From Candidatus Delongbacteria bacterium (GTDB taxonomy: Bacteria; CAIWAD01), in assembly GCA_963663545.1 (NCBI GenBank), contig OY760505.1, positions 3,392,001 through 3,456,000 of the forward strand: a DNA stretch of 64,000 nt, written 5' to 3'. Below are positions 1 to 9,336 of the stretch, in pieces; positions within the stretch are counted from its first letter, which is position 1; each line of letters starts with the position of its first letter. The translations under genes and the position numbers were made by a program. The notes under the pieces are model-generated. The model did not search any database. It worked only from the letters and a program-made list of their open reading frames with translations, and had not been told where the DNA came from.

Positions 1-6
1 CTGGCC

Positions 7-3000
7 TTGGGCGTGGTCGGCTGCGCGTTCGCAGTTGATGCCGCTGCGGGGACCCCGCAAGCCCATTTGAAGCAATATCTGCAGTTGAAGTATTCCGGTT
101 CGGACATCCCGGAATGGCTGCAGAGTGAGATCAATCCAATTTCCCAAACTCCTTCCCGCGTGGGCGGTGATACAGCAGCAGAGGCTGTTGTTATTGACTC
201 GCTGCCGTATGCTGACAACGGTACTACGGCGGGTAAGGCGAACGATATCGGTCCGTACAATCGTGACAACATTCTGTGCACGTGGTCTGGCTACTACGGG
301 TCTAGTTACACAGGAAGCTCCTCGGATGTCTTCTACAGTCTGCACCTGGATGAGGCGACAGTTCTGGATGTCTCCCTTTGCGATTCGGACTATGACACTT
401 CCTTGGGTCTCTTCGAGAAGGTCGCCGGTGCTCCCGGGAACATGCTAGCGGGAAATGATGACTTCTGCGATTCACAATCCAGATTCATTTGCGAGATCCC
501 TGCTGGTGATTATTTCATCGTCGTTGATGGATATGACGACGAAGAAGGTGACTATTCGCTCAGCGTTGAGTCCTCTGTAATTGTGGATCCCTGTACGGAT
601 GTACCGGAAATCGCCCTTGGCGATGTGATCGAAGCCGACGCACCGACTGTGAACAATTTCTCCGGCAGCGGCTGCGGCGTTCACAATGGCTATGACGACG
701 TCTATCAGCTGACCTTGACCGAGGACACCGCCCTTACGGTCAACATGGCAACGACAAGTGATATGGCACTTGTGATCCTGACGGATTGCGATGATGTCAC
801 TTCCTGCGTGGCTTACAGCGATCCCAACACCCTGTCTACTGTGTTACAGGCGGGTACCTATTTCGTGGTTGCCGATTTCTACGGTGCAAACGTCGGCGCC
901 GCTTACACGCTGACTGTTACGGGAGTTACCGTCGGCGATCCCTGCCTTGACGTGCCCGAAATCGCCATTGGCGACGTCATTGAAGCCGATGCGCCCACTG
1001 TGAACTACTTCTCCAACAGCGGATGCGGAAATCACAACGGTTTCGATGACATCTACCAGCTGACCCTGACGGAGGACACTCCACTTTCCATTACCATGGA
1101 CACTCCTGGTGATGAGGCCATCGTGATTCTGACCGATTGCGAGGATGTGACTTCTTGTGTCGCGTACAGTGATCCTTCTGTGCTGGAGACCTTTCTGCTG
1201 GCAGGCACGTATTATGTCGTCGCGGATTTCTTCAGCTCTGGAGCGGGTTCCGCTTATACGCTGACCGTCGGCACCTACACCGATGTGTGTGATACACCCA
1301 CCGAAATCGCGGTTGGCGATGTGATTGAGGCGGATGCCCCCACCGAGAACCATTTCTCCGGAGCCAGCTGTGGAACTCACAATGGCTACGATGATCTCTA
1401 CACCTTCACTTTGACGGAAGAGACCGAGCTTGAGATCGAGATGGAAGCTTCCAGCGATGGAGCTATGCTGATTCTGACCGATTGCCACGATCTGGCCTCC
1501 TGTGTCGATTACAGCGATCCTGCCGTGATGGTGACCACGCTGCCTGCTGGCACCTATTATCTGGTTGCCGATTTCTATTACAGCTCCGCTGGTTCGTCTT
1601 ACACACTTTCCATGATCGAGTATGTGGCTCCTTGTGATGTCTTCACCGAGGGTGTGCTGACTCTGGAATCTCCCGTCAGTGGAACCACCGTTGGTGCTCC
1701 CAATGTCTATTCGGGCAACTACGGCGACGCCGGATACACCTTTGAGGTAACAGTAGCTGGCAGCTACACCTTCAGCACCTGTTCGGCCAACACGTCCTAC
1801 GGCACCTATCTGTATCTGCTGGACGCCAGCCCCTGTGATGAGGCCGTGACACAAATCACTTATGGATACAGCGACGCTTGCAGTGATGCCGGTCATACGG
1901 TAGGCATCATTGAGGAAGAGTGGCTTGAGATCGGCACGTATCACCTGCTGGTTGGTGGGTATGCTGAGGGCACCTTCGAGTTGAGCGCCATGTATCACGA
2001 GCCCTGCGTGGACTACGATTGCACCGGTCTGACCCAGGAAGGTGAAGGCTATTATCCTGGTCAGGATCCTCCGGTGTACGTTGACACCTTCAACGGCGGC
2101 TGTGACACGGACAGCACCCAGTATACGCTTGTGTTCCCCGGCGACGAGTGGTGCGGCACCTTCTTCACCTATGTGAACGATGCCAGTGCCAACAAGCGCG
2201 ACTCTGACTGGTACGAGTTTACACTGACCGAGCCCTCCGATGTCACGCTGAGCGCTTACAGCTGCGGTGACTTCTATCTGAAGGTGCTGAACGAGTGCAC
2301 CAGCCTGATCAGTGTCACCGGCGACGAGACCCAGACTCTCAGTGGCTGGCTGAACGCTGGCACGTATCAGATTGCCATCTATCCCAGTTTGACGACGGGA
2401 ATGCCTGACGAGACTTCGTATCACATGGAGCTGAGCGCTACGCCCAATGATCCCTGTGAATCCGTAATGGCGATCGAGTGCGGCGAGACCCTGAGCCGCG
2501 AAGAACCCGTCGGCAACTACTTCTATGGTGCCAACCTGAATGATGGTTGCGCTGCGTACGCTCACAACGGTCCGGATGAGACCTTTGCCTTTACACTGGA
2601 CCAGACTACTACTGTCAGCATCGTTATGACTCCCGTCAGTGGCGATGCCTCCCTGTTCCTGATCAGCGAGTGCGGCAATCCCGCATCTTGCATCGAGAAC
2701 TCCGATAGCGGTACCAGCAATCCCGAGACCATTGAGACCGAGCTTGAAGCTGGCACCTATTACATTGTTGCCGACTACTACACGCTCAATCCCAGCAATG
2801 GTAACTACACCCTTTCGCTGTCCTGCACCACAGATCCCAACCCGCCGGTTGTGGTTCATGAGCCCATTGAGGGTGCATTGGATGCGCAAGGCCCCTACAC
2901 CATTACAGCTACCGTTACCGATGCTGAGTCCGGTGTCAGCTCGGTGAGCATGTATTACCGAACCGAGATTGGTGACTTCAACGAAGTGGCAATGACGGCC

Positions 3001-4866
3001 GATGGCGACGTTTTCACGGCCAGCATTGCGGCTCTGGAGTTCGGTTGTGCGGCTGAGTATTACATCGTTGCCGTCGACGGTATGGACAATGTGACACAGA
3101 CCGACAACTACTTCTTCTGGCCCATCGACTGGAGTCTTGCGCCCCGTGAGCTGGCTGCCAGCGATGGCGAGCTTGGCGCCACCACGATCGAGTGGATTGC
3201 TCCCGAGTACGCTCAGGGACAACTTCAGCAGCCCGCTGGTATGTTCATCGAGAGCTTCGAGAACGGTATCCCCAGTACTTGGACTGTGATCGATGTGGAT
3301 GGTGGTGACGACTGGGTGGCGTATTCATCCGACTCCTATGATGGCGATGCCTGCGTTTCCGTTTGGTATGACACCCCCAATGATGATTATCTGATTACCC
3401 CCGCGTTGACACCTACGGGAACGACCTCCCTCACCTTCTATGCCAAGGCTGACGATTCAGACTATGACGAGACCTTGGAATTCATGGTCTCCACCACTGA
3501 CACAGACCCTGCCAGTTTCACTCTGATTGATACGCAGGTGCTGGAGAATGTGAATGGCTGGACGGAGCTGAGCTATGATCTGGGTGGCTATGCCGGTCAG
3601 CAGATCTATGTGGCTTTCCATTGCATCTCCGATGATATGTATCGGCTGTTGCTGGACTACACCGTCTTCACCAACCTTGCTGAGACGGTTCAGATGGCAA
3701 GCTCTTGGGTAGGTGAACCTGTGCAGACGGTGGAAGAGATCTTCACCCGCAAGGGCAACACCCTGAGTAAGGAAGAGATCGCCAGCATGCTGCAGCAGCA
3801 GAGTGCCAGCGAGCGTAGCTTTGTCGGTTACAATGTCTACCGTGATGGTCAGCTGTTGAGTAGTGTTACGGAACTGGAGTATGTCGACGGTCTTAGCACC
3901 GGTGCCGTGCAGGATCAGGTCTACACTTATTACGTGACCGCTGTCTATGATGCTGGCGAGTCCGCCGCTTCCGACAGCGATACGGGGTACTTTGCTGGTC
4001 GTCCGACCGCTGGTGGTCCCGACACCTTTGGTTACACTTGGGAAAGTAGCTTGAACGGTGGCGATGTCAGCTATGGCTGGATCGAGCACACCGCGTCTGC
4101 CGTTGAGCTGAGTCTGGACGATTCCCAGAACTCCGGTGAACTCACCATGGGTATGGACTTCCCCTTCTACGGTGAAAGCCAGAGCACCATCTTCGTGAAT
4201 TCTAACGGTCACCTGACCTTTGATGCGGGTTTCAACTACACCGGTGCCCAGGCTTATCCCAACAGCTCCACGCCCAACAACATCATCGCCCTGTGGGCCG
4301 ACGATCTGGATCCCATTGTGGAAACACCAATCGATCCTGCCACGCAGATCCTGTACGAGCTGATTGACGGCGCCTTTGTGGTGAGCTATATCAATGTGCC
4401 GCAATGGATCTCCGGAACCGAGACCATCGATGACTGCATTTCCGCTCAGGCCGTGTTGTATGCCGATGGCGACATCCAGTACAACTACCGTAGCTTCGGT
4501 TCCAGCCTGAATACCACGAGCAGTTGCGCCATTGGTATCGAGAATGCCACGGGCGTTGATGGACTCAGTGTTCGCTATCAGAACGATGGGTGCGACTTGG
4601 TAGACGAGATGTCTATTCGTATCACCTCCCCGACACAGGGTGGCAACTGCGAAGAAGCTCCGGTGACGGCGATCGTGACCAATGGTGCCAACATCGAGCT
4701 GAGCTGGACCGAAGTTTCCGGCGCCACCAGCTACCGCGTGCTGGCTTCTGGCACCGGTTTCGCAAACTTCAGCGAACTGGCCGTGGTCAACGAGTTGAGT
4801 TACACTGTGACCAATGCCCTTGCCGAGGGCAAGCAGTTCTTCAAGGTCGTGGCGGTCTGCGAATAG
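7..4866 (+). CDS. Giant secreted/surface repeat protein (PPC-like beta-sandwich repeats, Ig-like, split FN3-like with inserted cleaved-adhesin-like domain, nidogen-like domain); N-terminus probably extends beyond the window
   Basis: 1619-aa acidic, Cys/Tyr-rich ORF with recurring GTY(Y/F)(I/V)V modules, an ESFENGIPSTWTVIDVDG...DDYLITP adhesin-like segment and a GGPDTFGYTW...MDFPFYG...IFVNSNG nidogen-like segment. The frame is open to the window edge and begins in a signal-peptide-like stretch. Confidence 0.85.
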   Translation: MGVVGCAFAVDAAAGTPQAHLKQYLQLKYSGSDIPEWLQSEINPISQTPSRVGGDTAAEAVVIDSLPYADNGTTAGKANDIGPYNRDNILCTWSGYYGSSYTGSSSDVFYSLHLDEATVLDVSLCDSDYDTSLGLFEKVAGAPGNMLAGNDDFCDSQSRFICEIPAGDYFIVVDGYDDEEGDYSLSVESSVIVDPCTDVPEIALGDVIEADAPTVNNFSGSGCGVHNGYDDVYQLTLTEDTALTVNMATTSDMALVILTDCDDVTSCVAYSDPNTLSTVLQAGTYFVVADFYGANVGAAYTLTVTGVTVGDPCLDVPEIAIGDVIEADAPTVNYFSNSGCGNHNGFDDIYQLTLTEDTPLSITMDTPGDEAIVILTDCEDVTSCVAYSDPSVLETFLLAGTYYVVADFFSSGAGSAYTLTVGTYTDVCDTPTEIAVGDVIEADAPTENHFSGASCGTHNGYDDLYTFTLTEETELEIEMEASSDGAMLILTDCHDLASCVDYSDPAVMVTTLPAGTYYLVADFYYSSAGSSYTLSMIEYVAPCDVFTEGVLTLESPVSGTTVGAPNVYSGNYGDAGYTFEVTVAGSYTFSTCSANTSYGTYLYLLDASPCDEAVTQITYGYSDACSDAGHTVGIIEEEWLEIGTYHLLVGGYAEGTFELSAMYHEPCVDYDCTGLTQEGEGYYPGQDPPVYVDTFNGGCDTDSTQYTLVFPGDEWCGTFFTYVNDASANKRDSDWYEFTLTEPSDVTLSAYSCGDFYLKVLNECTSLISVTGDETQTLSGWLNAGTYQIAIYPSLTTGMPDETSYHMELSATPNDPCESVMAIECGETLSREEPVGNYFYGANLNDGCAAYAHNGPDETFAFTLDQTTTVSIVMTPVSGDASLFLISECGNPASCIENSDSGTSNPETIETELEAGTYYIVADYYTLNPSNGNYTLSLSCTTDPNPPVVVHEPIEGALDAQGPYTITATVTDAESGVSSVSMYYRTEIGDFNEVAMTADGDVFTASIAALEFGCAAEYYIVAVDGMDNVTQTDNYFFWPIDWSLAPRELAASDGELGATTIEWIAPEYAQGQLQQPAGMFIESFENGIPSTWTVIDVDGGDDWVAYSSDSYDGDACVSVWYDTPNDDYLITPALTPTGTTSLTFYAKADDSDYDETLEFMVSTTDTDPASFTLIDTQVLENVNGWTELSYDLGGYAGQQIYVAFHCISDDMYRLLLDYTVFTNLAETVQMASSWVGEPVQTVEEIFTRKGNTLSKEEIASMLQQQSASERSFVGYNVYRDGQLLSSVTELEYVDGLSTGAVQDQVYTYYVTAVYDAGESAASDSDTGYFAGRPTAGGPDTFGYTWESSLNGGDVSYGWIEHTASAVELSLDDSQNSGELTMGMDFPFYGESQSTIFVNSNGHLTFDAGFNYTGAQAYPNSSTPNNIIALWADDLDPIVETPIDPATQILYELIDGAFVVSYINVPQWISGTETIDDCISAQAVLYADGDIQYNYRSFGSSLNTTSSCAIGIENATGVDGLSVRYQNDGCDLVDEMSIRITSPTQGGNCEEAPVTAIVTNGANIELSWTEVSGATSYRVLASGTGFANFSELAVVNELSYTVTNALAEGKQFFKVVAVCE
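586..1620 (+). repeat. Three tandem ~350-bp intragenic repeats (about 115 aa each)
   Basis: Units start at 586 (DPCTDVPEIALGDVIEADAPT), 937 (DPCLDVPEIAIGDVIEADAPT) and 1282 (DVCDTPTEIAVGDVIEADAPT); each contains HNG(Y/F)DD and LTDC...SCV.YSDP. Confidence 0.9.
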
Positions 4867-4890
4867 CGGTCCTTCACACTCGAAATCCCC

Positions 4891-4931
4891 CGGGGACTCT
4901 TCGCCATTGCGGCGGGGAGTCCCCGTCTTTT
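4891..4931 (+). terminator. Intrinsic terminator after the giant protein gene
   Basis: Stem CGGGGACTCTTCGCC / GGCGGGGAGTCCCCG, loop ATTGC, followed by TCTTTT. Confidence 0.8.
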
Positions 4932-5024
4932 CGTTACATTGCGAGCCCTTTGTGTGCGCGTGTGCGCCACGGCCTTGCGGCTTTCCGGAATTCCGGACGC
5001 GGGGCTGCCTGAACAGGAGACGAG

Positions 5025-5585
5025 ATGAGCAATTCCGGCCACAGGCCCAGCCCCTTTCACGGCACAACCGTGGTCTGCGTGAGACATCGCGGCAAGACGG
5101 CCATTGGCAGCGACGGTCAGGTGAGTTTTGGTGATACATCGCTGAAAGCGGGCGCGGTCAAAGTGCGTCCTCTTCGCGATGGGAAAGTACTGGCGGGCTT
5201 CGCTGGCAGTACCGCTGACGCCTTTGCCCTTTTCGAGCGCTTCGAGCAGATGCTGGAAAGCCACCAGGGCGAGTTGACCCGCAGCGTTGTCGAGCTGGCC
5301 AAGGAGTGGCGCACCGACAAGGTGATGCGTCACCTGGACGCGCTGTTGCTGGTGGCGGACACCAAACACATCTACATGGTCAGTGGCCTGGGCGACATCA
5401 TCGAGCCTGACGATCAGGTGCTGGCCATCGGTAGCGGCGGACCCTACGCACTGGCGGCCGCGCGCGCGCTGATGCATCACACCAAGATGAGCGCCGAGGA
5501 GATCGTCAAGGAATCGCTGACCATCGCCGCGGACATCTGCATCTACACCAATCATCACATCACGGTACATAGTCTTGGCAAATAA
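5025..5585 (+). CDS. hslV: ATP-dependent protease peptidase subunit HslV
   Basis: HGTTVVCV N-terminal Thr nucleophile, [15 protein letters not shown] and ICIYTN motifs; RBS AGGAG upstream. Confidence 0.97.
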   Translation: MSNSGHRPSPFHGTTVVCVRHRGKTAIGSDGQVSFGDTSLKAGAVKVRPLRDGKVLAGFAGSTADAFALFERFEQMLESHQGELTRSVVELAKEWRTDKVMRHLDALLLVADTKHIYMVSGLGDIIEPDDQVLAIGSGGPYALAAARALMHHTKMSAEEIVKESLTIAADICIYTNHHITVHSLGK

Positions 5586-7029
5586 ACACGACGAGCAGCT
5601 GCCGGAAGAAGCGGCACAGAAGAACAGTGAGCTGAGGGGCGGTCCGGGTGCGGCCGCGGGAGCGGTGAAGCGCGGACCCAAGGGCGGCAAGCGCAAGGGC
5701 AGTTCGGCGGAGAGCGCCGAGGCCCTCTCGCCCAAGCGCATCGTCAAGGAGCTGGACCGCTACATCGTCGGCCAGCAGAAGGCCAAGCGTGCAGTAGCCG
5801 TGGCGCTGCGCAATCGCTGGCGCCGTCAGCACTGCCCCGAGGAGATCCGCAGCGAGATCCTGCCCTTCAACATCATCCTGATCGGACCCACCGGCGTGGG
5901 CAAAACCGAAATCGCCCGCCGTCTGGCCGCACTGGCGCAGGCGCCCTTCATCAAGGTCGAGGCCAGTCGCTTCACCGAAGTGGGCTACGTGGGCCGCGAT
6001 GTCGAATCAATGATCCGCGACCTGGTGGAGCTGGCGGTGCAGCACGAGCGCGTTCTGGAAGAAGAGCGCTTGGCGGAGGAAATCGGTCGCGCCGTTGAGC
6101 AGCGCCTGCTGGAAGCCCTGCAGCGTAGCTTTGAAGGCCGCGAAGAGGAACTGGTCGCATTGCCCGAGCGCCTGCGACGGGGCGAGCTCGACGGCGAAAG
6201 CGTCGAGCTGGAAGTGGTGGGCGGCGGCAGCAGCGCGATGATGCAAATCTTCACGCCGGGAGGCATGGAGGAGATTGCCGGCAATCTGCAGGAATTTCTG
6301 GGCGACATGATGCCGCGCCAGACCCAGGTGCGCTCCATGACCGTGGCCGAAGGCCGTCGCCGCTTACGCGAGGACGAGAGCGAGCGGCAGATGGATATAG
6401 ACCAAGTCATCGACCGCGCGCTGGACAAGTGCGAGCAACTGGGCATCGTTTTCATTGACGAGATCGACAAGATCTGCTCTTCGGGTGGCGAGGGTGGCAA
6501 CGGGCCCGACGTCAGTCGCCAGGGAGTGCAGAAGGACATTCTGCCCGTCATCGAGGGCACCGTGGTGCAGACGCGCTACGGCCCCGTGCATACCGATCAC
6601 ATGCTCTTCATCGCCTCGGGCGCCTTCCACTTGAGCAAGCCCGGCGATCTGATTCCCGAGCTGCAGGGGCGCTTTCCCGTGCGCGTCGAATTGGACGCGC
6701 TGGGTCGCCGCGAGTTCGAGCGTATTCTGACCCAGCCCGCCAACGCGCTGGTGCGCCAGTACGAGGCGCTCTTTGCCAGCGAGGGTGTGCGCATGGAGTT
6801 TTCTACCGACGCCGTGCGCGAGGTGGCCGAGTATGCCGTGACCGCCAACCGCCGTGCGGGCAACATCGGCGCACGCCGTCTGCAGGGGCTGATGCACCTG
6901 CTCTTCGAGGAGGAGCTCTTTGAACTGCCGAAGAAGGGCATGGAGGAGCTGAAGGTGGACGCCAAACTTGTACGCGAGCGCCTGGCCTCCGTAGTTGAGG
7001 ACGAGGATCTCTCGAAGTACATTCTGTGA
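5575..7029 (+). CDS. hslU: ATP-dependent protease ATPase subunit HslU
   Basis: [23 protein letters not shown], Walker [21 protein letters not shown] and C-terminal DLSKYIL. Start codon uncertain (TTG overlapping hslV). Confidence 0.96.
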   Translation: MANKHDEQLPEEAAQKNSELRGGPGAAAGAVKRGPKGGKRKGSSAESAEALSPKRIVKELDRYIVGQQKAKRAVAVALRNRWRRQHCPEEIRSEILPFNIILIGPTGVGKTEIARRLAALAQAPFIKVEASRFTEVGYVGRDVESMIRDLVELAVQHERVLEEERLAEEIGRAVEQRLLEALQRSFEGREEELVALPERLRRGELDGESVELEVVGGGSSAMMQIFTPGGMEEIAGNLQEFLGDMMPRQTQVRSMTVAEGRRRLREDESERQMDIDQVIDRALDKCEQLGIVFIDEIDKICSSGGEGGNGPDVSRQGVQKDILPVIEGTVVQTRYGPVHTDHMLFIASGAFHLSKPGDLIPELQGRFPVRVELDALGRREFERILTQPANALVRQYEALFASEGVRMEFSTDAVREVAEYAVTANRRAGNIGARRLQGLMHLLFEEELFELPKKGMEELKVDAKLVRERLASVVEDEDLSKYIL

Positions 7030-7108
7030 CACAAATCGCCGCTTGTATCACGGGATGCAGGCGGTTGTGATACAAACAATGTGAAGCATGAATAGAGGAG
7101 ACAGCCAC

Positions 7109-8032
7109 ATGAAGCGTGACTGCCTGCAGTTGACCGATTTCACCGCCGATGAAATTCGTGGAATGTTGAAGTTGGCCGCCGAGATGAAGGCGGAGGTGAA
7201 GAGCGGTACTTTCCGCAAGCCCTTCGACAACATGGCCTTTGCCTGCATTTTCCATAAGCCCTCGCTGCGTACGCGCATCTCCTTCGAGGTCGGCCTGAGT
7301 CAGTTGGGCGGCAAGACCCTCTACATCACCGAGAAGGAGATTGAGCTGGGCAAGCGCGAGTCCATCTACGACGTGGCCAAAGTGATGAGCCGCTACGTCG
7401 ATGCGATCCTCATTCGCACCTTCTCCCACGCTTCCGTAGAAGAGCTGGCCGCCAACGCCGATGTGCCGGTGGTCAATATGCTCACCGACCTGACCCATCC
7501 CTGCCAGGTGCTGGCGGACATCTTCACCGTCTACGAGCACAAGGGCAGCATCGACAATTTGACCGTGACCTATCTGGGCGACGGCAACAACATGACCAAT
7601 AGCTGGCTGAACCTGGCGCGTCGCATTCCGATGGAACTGCGCGTGGCCACCAGCCCCAACTGCATGCCCGATCCCGGCATTCTGAAGGCCGCGCAGGAAG
7701 AAGGCCTGTCGAAGATTGTCGTTACCGATGATCCGCGTGCCGCCGCCGAAGGCGCCGACGTGCTCTACACCGATGTCTGGGCCAGCATGGGCCAGAAGGA
7801 TCAGGCCGATGCCAAGGCCAACATGCTGCGGGCGTATCAGATTAATGGCAATCTGCTCAGCCTCGCCAAGAAGGATGCCCTCGTGATGCATTGCCTGCCC
7901 GCCGAGCGTGGCAAGGAGATCACCGATGAGGTGATGGACGGCCCGCAGAGCGTTGTCTTTGACGAGGCCGAGAACCGCATGCATGCCCAGAAGGCCCTGA
8001 TGGTCCAGCTCTTAGAGTGGACGAAAGCCTAG
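7109..8032 (+). CDS. argF: Ornithine carbamoyltransferase
   Basis: KPSLRTR, HPCQ, DVWASMG, HCLP and EAENR motifs; RBS GAGGAG before ATG 7109. Confidence 0.93.
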   Translation: MKRDCLQLTDFTADEIRGMLKLAAEMKAEVKSGTFRKPFDNMAFACIFHKPSLRTRISFEVGLSQLGGKTLYITEKEIELGKRESIYDVAKVMSRYVDAILIRTFSHASVEELAANADVPVVNMLTDLTHPCQVLADIFTVYEHKGSIDNLTVTYLGDGNNMTNSWLNLARRIPMELRVATSPNCMPDPGILKAAQEEGLSKIVVTDDPRAAAEGADVLYTDVWASMGQKDQADAKANMLRAYQINGNLLSLAKKDALVMHCLPAERGKEITDEVMDGPQSVVFDEAENRMHAQKALMVQLLEWTKA

Positions 8033-8038
8033 CTTTCC

Positions 8039-8066
8039 CCTCGCCTACGCGGCGGGCGTTTTTCTT
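8039..8066 (+). terminator. Probable terminator after argF
   Basis: Short CTCGCC/GGCGGG stem followed by TTTTTCTT. Confidence 0.5.
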
Positions 8067-8067
8067 A

Positions 8068-8102
8068 ATCGGTATCGCTATCGGGATTCGGTATCGGTAT
8101 CG
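8068..8102. repeat. 6-bp periodic ATCGNT tract
   Basis: ATCGGT ATCGCT ATCGGG ATTCGGT ATCGGT ATCG; similar tracts near 19016-19045 (reverse) and 30696-30708. Confidence 0.6.
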
Positions 8103-8181
8103 AGGCTTTCCCTGCGAGACGGGCTTGTCGCTGATGGCTGGGCTTGACTCGGTCTCGGTTTTTCTTCCTTTGTGAACCACA

Positions 8182-8607
8182 AGGAGCGGATGAAAGTCCG
8201 CTTCTTCTTTTTCCTGCGCGGAAGGCGCGCCTGCGCGGCGGGCGAAGACAAGTTACTTTCTTTGTCGCGCCAAAGAAAGTAACAAAGAAAGCGCTCGCCC
8301 CTCCGACCCGAGGATGATTGACCGCTGGTCAATCCCCACGGGCGGGTAGGCAGCGCTGGCAGGAATGTTTGGCTCATATGTTCACACCTTCGGTGTTCAC
8401 AGATGCGCTTACGCGCATGTGTCGTAAGCTGGCTTTCGGGGAAGGGTGGCTGGGATGCGTGTAGAATCGGAAGCCGATTCTTCGTCTTCTCTTCGACAGG
8501 ATGCCATTGTACCCTATGGACGAAGACCCGCAGTTAAACGGAGTTTCAGATACAGTCGCACGAGATGCGGGGCTTCGTCGAGGTGATGGACGCGAAGCGG
8601 ACATCAC
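8182..8607. repeat. Hairpin-rich non-coding repeat element (REP/MITE-like), with parts shared with 18976-18997 and 30731-30843
   Basis: AGGAGCGGATGAAAGTCCGCT hairpin, 13-bp IR at 8252-8283, several mini-hairpins, and the 18-bp TGTACCCTATGGACGAAG (8508-8525) identical to 30743-30760. Confidence 0.6.
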
Positions 8608-9029
8608 ACGCACTCCGTCAGGCGCAATCCGGCACTATAGAGCAGCGAGGCCTGCAAGCGGAAGACACCCTCAAGGTTGTCCAGCAGCGACCGGACTTCC
8701 TGCCGTGAAAGCACAGCCGGGATATGCTTTGATGGCTTGGCTTTCGTGAAGCTTGAGAACTCACCAATTTCGTGGTGTAGAACATTTCGGTACAGGAAAA
8801 CAATGGCGCAAAGGGCTTGGGTCTGAGTGGAAGGGGCCACGCATTGGTGGACGGCAAGATGGGATAGAAAGTCTTCTACAGCGCTTGGCTTCAGCTCACA
8901 GGGATGCTGAAGATTATTGTATCTCAAGAACTTGAGTATCCGACTCCAATAGCTGCGCTCCGTTTTTGGACTAAGATGATGTTTGCGGCAAGCTGCGCGG
9001 AAGAGAAACAAAAGCCTTGGTTCTGTCAA
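8604..9029 (-). pseudogene. intI: Integron integrase, N-terminal 141 aa only
   Basis: HLS.KTE.SY, FLSHLA....VAPSTQTQAL.AI.FLY, P.VLS..EV and LLYSAGLRL.EC are IntI-type motifs. A stop follows the first catalytic Arg; no HxxR or Tyr region is found downstream. Confidence 0.9.
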
Positions 9030-9280
9030 GATAAGTCCGCCCTGATAAGTACGAGTTCTGTGTCAGGATAAGAGATTATTGGGGGCAGGCAAAGAGTATC
9101 CATGAATAGGCTGCAAGGCCGACTTCGAGTGACATGTATTCTGGACAAAACCGTGATTTCTCTTGTTTTGCCTGCTCCCAATTCCTACTCTGGGGGGCGC
9201 TCTGCATGAGAAACACAGGACTGCAGCAATGTGTACGTCGTACTTATCAGGACCCGTGTAAGGCACAAGGGCTGGTCATA

Positions 9281-9307
9281 TGCGGTCCGTAGAATCAGAT
9301 GTTATAC
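9281..9307 (+). other. attI: attI recombination site (crossover G|TTATAC at 9301)
   Basis: CGTAGAAT-CAGAT-GTTATAC; GTTATAC is the exact complement of R'' GTATAAC in the first attC. Confidence 0.75.
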
Positions 9308-9336
9308 TGAATCACGAAGTTCGGAATGAGGTGAAT

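Noticed and set aside
586..1620. Tandem repeats as a possible CRISPR array or DGR template
   Set aside because: They are in-frame protein domain repeats with mostly synonymous differences; no spacers, cas genes or reverse transcriptase are present in the window.
844..5139. Long antisense ORFs (792 aa and 560 aa) opposite the giant protein
   Set aside because: Shadow frames expected from strong codon bias in a GC-rich gene; no motifs or RBS, and the plus-strand ORF has coherent domains.
7253..7280. SLRT instead of STRT in ArgF, suggesting an acetyl- or succinyl-ornithine transcarbamylase
   Set aside because: DVWASMG, HPCQ and HCLP are all canonical for ordinary OTCase.
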